From positions 1,076,981 to 1,108,980 of the forward strand of contig BA000048.1 in the NCBI GenBank assembly GCA_000270325.1: DNA of 32,000 nucleotides, given 5' to 3'. A model generated the notes under the pieces. The model was not told the DNA's origin. It worked only from the letters and a program-made list of their open reading frames with translations, and searched no databases. Positions 25,051 to 32,000 of the stretch are shown here, in pieces. Position 1 is the first letter of the stretch. Every line of letters starts with the position of its first letter. Made by a program: the position numbers and the translations under genes. The DNA comes from Candidatus Caldarchaeum subterraneum. GTDB lineage: Archaea > Thermoproteota > Nitrososphaeria_A > Caldarchaeales > Caldarchaeaceae.

Positions 25051-26303
25051 GGTTCGCTGACCTCCTGATGCTCAGCCTGAAACCATGGAGCGAGAGAAGG
25101 GTTAGAGCAGCTCTTCTGGTTGTCGCGGTCGCGATAGGGGTTGCCAGCGTCATAGCGCTTGTTTCACAGACAGCAGGCGTCCAACAAGCGGTTGTCAGAC
25201 AACTACAGACACTCGGCCCAACGGCCATCGTCATAACACCCATTGGGAGGACACAGCTAACCGACGCAGATATTGCTCTGCTGTCATCAATACCGAATAT
25301 CCAGGATGTAATACCTATGCTTAGCACTCGTGTATACATCTCGAGAGCGGGACAGGATGTTGAGCTAACCCTAGTCGGGGTTGATCCTTTGAAGCTCGAG
25401 GCTCTGCTGGGAGATGTAAGGCTAATCGAAGGCCAGCTGTATCCACCGGCGCAAGTACCCATCGGCGTCGCGGGCTATGAAGTCGCTTATCCACCGACTC
25501 TGGGAGGGGTTCAGGAGATATCAGTATCGCAGGCGCTGTTTGTAGAGCAGAGGGCCCAGAGCTTTACTAGACGCATACCTCTAATGATAAGCGGTATCTT
25601 GGATAGGTACGGTGCATCAGCCTTCGTATCCATCGATGGCTCGATATTCATGCCGATTGATATGCTTAAAACAATCCTTAACAGACGCGATTACAACCTC
25701 ATACTTGTTAGGGCTGACACGGCGGAAAACGTTCAGCTAGTTGTGGACCAGCTGACAACTATCTACGGTGAGAGGGCTAGGATAGTGGCGCTTCAGAGCC
25801 TTGCCTCCACGGTATCCAGTGTGATAGGGCAGTTTGGCGTATTGCTCGGCTCCGTTGCAGGAATTTCGCTGGCGGTGGCGGGGCTAGGCATAATGAACAT
25901 CATGCTTGTCACGGTTATAGAGAGAACTAAGGAGATAGGGGTTATGAAAGCTGTCGGGTACAGCGAGGGCGATATTCTGCAGATATTTATCATGGAGGCT
26001 CTCTTCATCGGGTTGCTGGGAGGAGTGGTAGGAGTCGTGCTGGGCGTTGCATCCACCCTATTTCTTCCCATGTTTTTCGGAGGATTCCTGCCATTCGGCG
26101 GCGGCTTCAGGCCACCCGCTGGAGGGCCTGGCGGACCATTCGGCGGACAGCAGGCTCTCCAACTGACTATAACACCTGCCTTCACACCTGAAATCATTCT
26201 GACAGCGTTCTCCATCGCCGTCATCATAAGCGTCGCGGCTGGAATCTATCCTGCATGGCGGGCTAGCAGAATGGACCCAATCAAAGCCATAAGATACGAG
26301 TGA
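25047..26303 (+). CDS. ABC transporter permease, FtsX/MacB family
   Basis: N-terminal TM, ~220-aa extracytoplasmic domain, then the FtsX module (ERTKEIGVMKAVGYS...ILQIF..EA...G..GG..G). Ends ...GIYPAWRASRMDPIKAIRYE. Gly/Pro-rich loop FGGGFRPPAGGPGGPFGGQQ. Confidence 0.85.
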   Translation: MRFADLLMLSLKPWSERRVRAALLVVAVAIGVASVIALVSQTAGVQQAVVRQLQTLGPTAIVITPIGRTQLTDADIALLSSIPNIQDVIPMLSTRVYISRAGQDVELTLVGVDPLKLEALLGDVRLIEGQLYPPAQVPIGVAGYEVAYPPTLGGVQEISVSQALFVEQRAQSFTRRIPLMISGILDRYGASAFVSIDGSIFMPIDMLKTILNRRDYNLILVRADTAENVQLVVDQLTTIYGERARIVALQSLASTVSSVIGQFGVLLGSVAGISLAVAGLGIMNIMLVTVIERTKEIGVMKAVGYSEGDILQIFIMEALFIGLLGGVVGVVLGVASTLFLPMFFGGFLPFGGGFRPPAGGPGGPFGGQQALQLTITPAFTPEIILTAFSIAVIISVAAGIYPAWRASRMDPIKAIRYE

Positions 26304-26382
26304 GGGAAGACAGGGAAGGGGTGTATACTTTACACGCCATAGCTAAACGGGGGAAACATCTATTTCTGGGAACACTGTTGCA

Positions 26383-27651
26383 TTGGTTGTGGTGCTGCTT
26401 CGGATAGGCGTCGATGACACGGACTCGGTCAAAGGGATGTGCACAACCTATGTGGCTGCGGTTGCTGAGCGGAGGCTGTTGGCTCTTGGATGTGAGAAAC
26501 ATGAGCTGAGCCGCCTCATACGGCTTAACCCCAACTGCCCGTTCAAAACACGTGGAAACGCCGCCCTATCCCTCCATTTCAAAGTCTTCGAAGCCATGGT
26601 GGACAAGGCCGTGGAAACCGTTCTCCAGACTGTTGAGGAGTTTTATGAGAAGGGGTTTGCGGAGACGCAGCCCGGTGTGGTGGTTTACAGAGGAGAAGAT
26701 GTGCCGGATGAGTGGAAAATGTTCGCTCTGAAGACGGTGAGGGAGATTGTCGCGCTGGATGAAGCGGTTGAACTGGCTGAGAAACATGGGGCGGAGGTTT
26801 ACAGGTTCAACGGTGGGAGGGGAGTTATCGGCGCACTGGCCGCAGTCGCCCTCCCCCTTGAGAACCCGACCTACGAAGCAATCGCCTACCGCGTCAGAAG
26901 CAACTGGGGAACCATGCGACAGGTCGACCCCTCATCCGTTCTCGAGCTTCACCGAAGCGGATTATCCTTCGACAGCTACGACCCTGAGACAGGAGAAATC
27001 AGGATAACCCCGCATACGCCGTGTCCCGTCCTCGCAGGAGTCAGGGCCACCTCTCCTGAAAACGCTTTGAAAGGCCTCTCGATGGTGAGGTTCCATGAGG
27101 AAGTCGAGTATGTCACTGTCTTCGCGACAAACCAGGCCACTGACATGCATTACATTCCTTCACGGATACCGTTGCTCAGACCTTATCAAAACGTTGTTGT
27201 CACGGGACGGGTTGTTGGCAGACCGTTTGTGAAAAAAGGTGGGCATGTTTTCTTCAGAGTTGGTGACGATGATGGTGAGGTTGTGTGCGCGGCTTATCGG
27301 CCGACGGGTGGTCTTAGACGTGTTGTTCAGCAGCTTATCGAAGGGGATGTTGTGAAGGTGATGGGGGCGGTTAAGGAGAAGCCGGAGGGGCTGACGCTAA
27401 ACGTCGAGAAAATAGAGGTGATGAGACTGGCCGAGCACGTGGTCACCAGGCCTCCCTTCTGCCCTAGATGTGGCGGGAGAATGGAGTCGCTGGGGGTGAA
27501 CAAGGGCTTCAGATGTGAGAGATGTGGTGAGAAACTTCCTCCAGAGGCCCGTGTAAAAACTGTTGTCCCCCGCCAGCTAAGCGTAGGTGTCTATGAGGCC
27601 GCTGTCTCGGCTCGGCGACACTTGACCAGGCCGCTCAGTCTCTGCCGCTAA
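26383..27651 (+). CDS. tiaS: tRNA(Ile2) 2-agmatinylcytidine synthetase
   Basis: IGVDDTDSVKGMCTTYVA N-terminal signature, central OB-like region and C-terminal CPRCGG...CERCG zinc ribbon. ~420 aa. The start may be one of the GTGs just after TTG 26383. Confidence 0.85.
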   Translation: MVVVLLRIGVDDTDSVKGMCTTYVAAVAERRLLALGCEKHELSRLIRLNPNCPFKTRGNAALSLHFKVFEAMVDKAVETVLQTVEEFYEKGFAETQPGVVVYRGEDVPDEWKMFALKTVREIVALDEAVELAEKHGAEVYRFNGGRGVIGALAAVALPLENPTYEAIAYRVRSNWGTMRQVDPSSVLELHRSGLSFDSYDPETGEIRITPHTPCPVLAGVRATSPENALKGLSMVRFHEEVEYVTVFATNQATDMHYIPSRIPLLRPYQNVVVTGRVVGRPFVKKGGHVFFRVGDDDGEVVCAAYRPTGGLRRVVQQLIEGDVVKVMGAVKEKPEGLTLNVEKIEVMRLAEHVVTRPPFCPRCGGRMESLGVNKGFRCERCGEKLPPEARVKTVVPRQLSVGVYEAAVSARRHLTRPLSLCR

Positions 27652-28454
27652 GGTCTTTTCGCCGGCACAAACTCGCAGTAGGGGTCTCCGGCGGCGATAC
27701 ACTTGGTCTCCACAACCGTCTCAACGCCCAAGGCTTCGTTTAGAATGCCTGCGAGGCTGCCGCGGAAGATGTTGCTAAAGGGTTTACCATGCCCGCGTCC
27801 AACTTCACATTCGTAAACAGACTCAGCCCTTATGAGGAAATCCTTCTTTTCGAAGTCGATTTCGATGTGTATTATCCGGGCTGCGCTATGAACGAGATTC
27901 CAATACTGAATGTATTTTGGGAGAAGATGCATCTTTTCTCCACAGATTTCCTTAATTTTCTTCCAGGCGCCTTTGCCGATGCTAAACCCTATGTGGTATA
28001 GCAGTGCTTCCCCCGCCGTACCCAACTGGCGGCGGATGGCGTGAATCATCTCACCATAGGCACCGTCTCTGTAGATGACTGCTCGGTCTCCCACCACGCG
28101 TAGAGGAAAATGTAGCTCATCCACCAAGATGTTGGGCAGCTGTTTAGAGACAACGGTTACCCGTTTAACGGAGTTGAGTAGGTTAATGCTTTTGGCAAGC
28201 TGCTCCGAGGAAACGTTTTTCCCCGTAAGGTCGGCCGCAATATTCGCTTCGACGGTTGAGCTGGTGTCTGTGTAGATGCTTTGTGTGGTGTAAATGTTGA
28301 CGATGTTTACACCATATGTGGCGAAAACCGCCAAGACTTCGGCCAAGGAGCCAGGCCTATCCACCAGCTCAACCGAGAAAAGGTAGAGCTCACGGTCGCC
28401 GCAGTAAATTGCACGCGGCGAATCTATTGGGCTACGAACAACTGCCTGTGTCAA
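27648..28454 (-). CDS. ACT domain + V4R domain small-molecule-sensor protein
   Basis: N-terminal ACT (LFSVELVDRPGSLAEVLAVFATYGVNIVNI). C-terminal V4R ending KCIAAGDPYCEF. TTG start. 4-nt 3' overlap with tiaS. Confidence 0.75.
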   Translation of the reverse strand: MTQAVVRSPIDSPRAIYCGDRELYLFSVELVDRPGSLAEVLAVFATYGVNIVNIYTTQSIYTDTSSTVEANIAADLTGKNVSSEQLAKSINLLNSVKRVTVVSKQLPNILVDELHFPLRVVGDRAVIYRDGAYGEMIHAIRRQLGTAGEALLYHIGFSIGKGAWKKIKEICGEKMHLLPKYIQYWNLVHSAARIIHIEIDFEKKDFLIRAESVYECEVGRGHGKPFSNIFRGSLAGILNEALGVETVVETKCIAAGDPYCEFVPAKRP

Positions 28455-28514
28455 GGTTTGCTTATTTATGGGTTTTCTCGCAAATAAGCTTTCTCATTAT
28501 ACCCAGCGGCCTGG

Positions 28515-29507
28515 TTATCGGGAGAAGATTTCCAGGATGGCGTCATCCGCCAAAGCTACGCCGTATCCCGCTATCGCTCTAACCGCTCTTATAATAAGGC
28601 CGAGTATGTTGGCCTCTTTCTCTGGTTTTCTGATGATGTGTTTGAAGGCTTTGGTGTATAGTGTTCGGACGTTCTCCATTCTGTCGATAACCTCGCTTGC
28701 GAGTGATAGGTCATGTTTTAACAGGGCTGTCAACGCATCTTCGAGCATCTTATCCACCAGCGCAACCATCTCCTCAACCGTAGCCGCCAGCTCATCCTCA
28801 ACCCTGCCAATCTCCTCAACCCTCTCAGCCATCCGCATACAATAGTAAGCCACACGCCCCAGCTCCCTCACAGCGACAATCCTGACCACGAGGCTCGACG
28901 TATCACGGACCTTAACAGCCTCACGGACAACAGTGCTATGAAGCGCCTGAAAACAGACCCGCATCAACAGTCGATAATGCTTCGTCAGCTCAAAACCACG
29001 TTCATAAGCGTCATGGGCCAGTGTTTTGTCGCCTACGCGGAGAGCTTTGGCTGAATCACGCATAACAGCCCGCGAAAACTGTGTAAACTTTTCCAGCAGC
29101 TTGTCCAGCTCGAACTTGGTGGGGTCTATGAACGTCTGAAGCACCACACGGTCAGCGTAATCCTCCACAATCTCTACCCCAATCATGTTCTCGACGGCCT
29201 CGCGGACAGCTTTCTTCAACAGAGGGTTCATCTTCCCCTCTGACACAACCTCCGCAACATCATGGCCCATGATGTAGCTGTTGACTATGGCGAGGCCAAG
29301 CAGCTTCGGGTCCCGCAGCTCAGATGTGTCAATTCTCTTGCTCTGAACACTCTGCCTAACCGTGGCAGGCGTCAGAACAATTCTATCATCCTCAACAGTA
29401 ACCCTCACCACCTGCCTCTTATCCAGCCCAAGAGACTTCACCATCTGCTTCGGAAGAGACACGATGTAAGTTCCGCCAGTCGTTTTCTGTATCGTACGCA
29501 CAAGCAT
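28515..29507 (-). CDS. AbrB/SpoVT-domain + tandem PhoU-domain regulator
   Basis: RTIQKTTGGTYIVSLPKQMVKSLGL.K...V (SpoVT/AbrB swapped hairpin), followed by two PhoU-like helical repeats (..A..V...D..ID.....R). Two ATGs (29525, 29507). ATAAATTA on the minus strand (29528-29536) is ~21-29 nt upstream of 29507. Confidence 0.8.
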   Translation of the reverse strand: MLVRTIQKTTGGTYIVSLPKQMVKSLGLDKRQVVRVTVEDDRIVLTPATVRQSVQSKRIDTSELRDPKLLGLAIVNSYIMGHDVAEVVSEGKMNPLLKKAVREAVENMIGVEIVEDYADRVVLQTFIDPTKFELDKLLEKFTQFSRAVMRDSAKALRVGDKTLAHDAYERGFELTKHYRLLMRVCFQALHSTVVREAVKVRDTSSLVVRIVAVRELGRVAYYCMRMAERVEEIGRVEDELAATVEEMVALVDKMLEDALTALLKHDLSLASEVIDRMENVRTLYTKAFKHIIRKPEKEANILGLIIRAVRAIAGYGVALADDAILEIFSR

Positions 29508-29525
29508 GAAAAATAAACATACCAT

Positions 29526-29615
29526 TCATAATTTATGCATTTTGTATAGTTGTCTAACCATGTTATGCATGAGATACGTATAAATAACACCAGCCACCAT
29601 AAAGCAACTCCAGAC
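29526..29615. promoter_or_regulatory. Divergent AbrB-PhoU / aceA control region
   Basis: GTATAAATA (29577-29585) ends ~31 nt before the aceA ATG at 29616. Two copies of TTATGCAT (29533-29540, 29563-29570; the ATGCAT core is palindromic) are spaced 30 nt apart. Confidence 0.45.
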
Positions 29616-30905
29616 ATGAACCCGTTATTGATGGCGGATACTCCTGAGGACCTGGAGAGGGTCTGGAGAACCCCGAGGTGGAACGGTGTGAGCCGAAAGT
29701 ACACAGCTGAGGATGTGCTGAAGCTACGTGGCTCGTGGAAACTAGACTATACCTATGCCCGTGTCACGTCGGAAAAGTTTTGGAAAATGCTGCACACCGA
29801 TGACTACATCTTCACTGCAGGAGCTCTGACAGGCAACCAAGCCATACAATTGGTTGAAGCGGGCATCAAAGCCATTTATGTCAGCGGCTGGCAGGTGGCG
29901 GCTGACAATAACCAGAGCGGCAACATGTATCCAGACCTCGGCCTCTACCCATCCAGCAGCGGCCCCGACCTCGTCAGAAAAATCGTTAAAGCACTCCAGC
30001 GCGCAGACCAGATACAGCATCTCGAAAACAGGCCCAGCAAAATCGACTACATGGCGCCGATAGTCGCGGACGGCGAAGCAGGCTTCGGAGGCCCACTGCA
30101 CGCATATGAGCTGATGAAAGCCATGATAGAAGCAGGCGCCGCTGGCGTGCATTTCGAGGACCAGTCGCCCAGTGAGAGAAGATGCGGCCACCTCGGTGGA
30201 AAAGTCCTTGTCCCCACCAAACGTTTCACAAGCATTCTCTCGGCCGCGAGGCTGGCAGCCGACGTGTTAGGCGTTCCATCAGTCATCATAGCGAGAACAG
30301 ATGCAATAGGCGCCCAGTTTCTCACAAGCGACGCAGACCCAGTTGACAGAGAGTTTCTAACCGGCAGCCGCACCAGCGAGGGATACTTCGAGCTCAAGCC
30401 AGGCACGGCCCTCGACATAGCTATACAGCGTGGCCTCTCCTACGCACCCTACGCCGACCTGTTATGGTTCGAGACGTCCAAGCCCTCGCTCGAGGAGGCT
30501 AAGAGGTTCGCAGACGCGATTCACCGGAAATATCCCGGCAAACTCCTCGCCTACAACATGTCCCCCTCCTTTAACTGGCTCAAGGTGGTGGACGGCGACA
30601 CGCTGAGAGAGTTTAACCAAAAGCTTGGACAGATGGGCTACAAGTTCCAGTTCATAACCTTGGCAGGGTTCCACACACTTAACGCATCGATGTTTGAGCT
30701 GGCGAAGAAACTCGCCGAGGAGGGCATGATGGCCTACGCCAACTTCCAGGCCCACGAAGTGGAGCTGGAGAAGATGGGTTACAGAGCCTTCAAGCATCAA
30801 CGCTTCATCGGCGTCCACTACTATGACGAGGTCTTGATGGCGATAGAGGGAAAAGAAGCGGTGTCCGCGCTCGCCGAATCAACCGAGAACCAGCAGTTCA
30901 AGTGA
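29616..30905 (+). CDS. aceA: Isocitrate lyase
   Basis: RW.GV.R.YTAEDV..LRGS, TGNQA.Q...AGIKAIYVSGWQVAAD, ADGEAGFGG, VHFEDQ....KCGHLGGKVLVPT (here RRCGHLGGKVLV). The track start 29550 lies upstream of the TATA box, so ATG 29616 is preferred. Confidence 0.93.
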   Translation: MNPLLMADTPEDLERVWRTPRWNGVSRKYTAEDVLKLRGSWKLDYTYARVTSEKFWKMLHTDDYIFTAGALTGNQAIQLVEAGIKAIYVSGWQVAADNNQSGNMYPDLGLYPSSSGPDLVRKIVKALQRADQIQHLENRPSKIDYMAPIVADGEAGFGGPLHAYELMKAMIEAGAAGVHFEDQSPSERRCGHLGGKVLVPTKRFTSILSAARLAADVLGVPSVIIARTDAIGAQFLTSDADPVDREFLTGSRTSEGYFELKPGTALDIAIQRGLSYAPYADLLWFETSKPSLEEAKRFADAIHRKYPGKLLAYNMSPSFNWLKVVDGDTLREFNQKLGQMGYKFQFITLAGFHTLNASMFELAKKLAEEGMMAYANFQAHEVELEKMGYRAFKHQRFIGVHYYDEVLMAIEGKEAVSALAESTENQQFK

Positions 30906-30908
30906 CCG

Positions 30909-32000
30909 GTGATTTGTCATCAATCCAGTTCAAGGAAGTTGACAAAAAAGTATCTCACGGTGCTGAGCAAAGACGCCGTGGACTTTGTACGGCACCTCGT
31001 CGAGAAGCATGGCCCCGAGCTACGGCGGCTGCTAGCTAAACGTGAGGAGACAGCCGAGGCTCTGAGGAGAGGCGCCAGGCTGGATTTCCCTGCGGAGACC
31101 GCTGAAATCAGGGCCTCTGGCTGGAAGGTTTCAGATATTCCGGCCGACCTTTCTGTGCGGCATGTTGAGATTACGGGCCCGGTGGACAGGAAGATGATGA
31201 TTAACGCTTTGAACTCGGGCGCTGATGCCTACATGGCTGATTTCGAGGACTCTTTTTCGCCGGTGTGGTCACAGACCCTTGACGGCCAAATCAACCTCAT
31301 GGACGCCGTTAGAAAAACCATCGAATACAGAAGCCCCGACGGAAAACTCTACACTCTCGCCGACAAGACCGCGACGCTCTTGGTGCGGCCCCGGGGCCTC
31401 CATCTGGTTGAGAAAAACATGCGGATAAACGGCTCACCTGTTCCAGCGCCGCTTTTCGACTTCGGGCTATACCTTTTCCACAACGCCGCCGAGTTGAGGC
31501 GGAGAGGCACAGGCCCCTACTTCTACATCCCCAAGCTGGAGCACTATCTCGAGGCAAGGTGGTGGGCGAACGTTTTCGCAGACGCGGAGAAAACCCTCAA
31601 CCTTCCACGAGGCACAATCAAATGCAGCGTCTTGATAGAGACAGTCACCGCGGCTTTCCAGATGGATGAGATCCTCTATGAGCTGCGTGACTATGTGACG
31701 GCGCTGAACCTCGGCCGATGGGACTACATCTTCAGCTTCATCAAAAGACTTGGACACGACCCGCGTTATCTCATGCCTGACAGAAGCCACTTAACCATGG
31801 ATAAGCATTTCCTCAAGTCGGCGGCGCTTTTGATGGTGAAAACCTGTCACCGCCGCGGAGCATACGCCATCGGAGGTATGGCTGCCCAGGTGCCGATAAG
31901 AGGGAATCCAGAGGCTCAGGAACGGGCTTTCGCCAAGGTCAGAGAAGATAAGCTGCGGGAGATTTCACAAGGATTTGACGGTGCATGGGTTGCGCATCCA
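30909..32000 (+). CDS. aceB: Malate synthase A, 3' end outside window (not in ORF track because open-ended)
   Basis: Hand translation gives ...VEITGPVDRKMMINALNSGADAYMADFEDSFSPVWSQTLDGQINLMDAV...RPRGLHL.EK......GSPVPAPLFDFGLYLFHN...GTGPYFYIPKLE...EARWW..VF...E..L.LPRGTIKCSVLIETV.AAFQMDEILYELRD...ALNLGRWDYIFS.IK....MPDR...TM...FL.....L.VKTCHRRGA.A.GGMAAQ.P...FDGAWVAHP. Start is GTG 30909 or TTG 30939. Confidence 0.9.
   Translation, partial: MICHQSSSRKLTKKYLTVLSKDAVDFVRHLVEKHGPELRRLLAKREETAEALRRGARLDFPAETAEIRASGWKVSDIPADLSVRHVEITGPVDRKMMINALNSGADAYMADFEDSFSPVWSQTLDGQINLMDAVRKTIEYRSPDGKLYTLADKTATLLVRPRGLHLVEKNMRINGSPVPAPLFDFGLYLFHNAAELRRRGTGPYFYIPKLEHYLEARWWANVFADAEKTLNLPRGTIKCSVLIETVTAAFQMDEILYELRDYVTALNLGRWDYIFSFIKRLGHDPRYLMPDRSHLTMDKHFLKSAALLMVKTCHRRGAYAIGGMAAQVPIRGNPEAQERAFAKVREDKLREISQGFDGAWVAHP

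Noticed and set aside
1-32000. Looked for CRISPR arrays, tRNA/rRNA genes (e.g. GTTCRAATC T-loops), toxin-antitoxin pairs and classic defence genes.
   Set aside because: No regularly spaced repeats, no T-loop or acceptor-stem patterns in intergenic DNA, and no nuclease/ATPase pairs resembling known defence systems. The intergenic space outside 8391-8767 is too short to hide them.

Overview
Gene-dense archaeal chromosomal segment, roughly 55-60% GC by eye. Archaeal identity rests on DNA polymerase D large subunit (DP2), Alba, TiaS, Sec61-beta and TATA-like boxes about 25-30 nt upstream of many start codons (leaderless-style). PolD argues against a Thermoprotei-type crenarchaeon. Left to right: 3' end of a radical SAM gene; a three-gene membrane-protein operon (one GT-C-like); a split histidine cluster (hisB-hisG, inverted hisH, hisI-hisF-hisA); a ~1.9 kb low-GC island (6908-8767); DUF4392-like, KaiC/RadA-like ATPase, PolD DP2 and a small wHTH gene; a 56-aa Sec61-beta missing from the ORF track; a beta-CASP MBL nuclease; a DUF2070-like membrane protein; an orphan PqqD-like gene; Alba; acyl-CoA dehydrogenase; NadE; a coiled-coil surface protein; a MoeB/rhodanese E1-like enzyme; ABC ATPase, multi-repeat surface protein and FtsX permease; TiaS; an ACT-V4R protein; an AbrB-PhoU regulator; isocitrate lyase and a partial malate synthase. 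The island holds a PCNA-like fragment with no start codon, a compact IS110-family-like (DEDD) recombinase homolog lacking the canonical Ser and fourth acidic residue, and a ~375-nt non-coding tail with a ~92-nt structured RNA candidate followed by a hairpin and T-run. No rRNA, tRNA or CRISPR array was seen. The most unusual locus is the IS110-like gene with its downstream structured RNA. All functional calls come from by-eye motif recognition; no searches were run.
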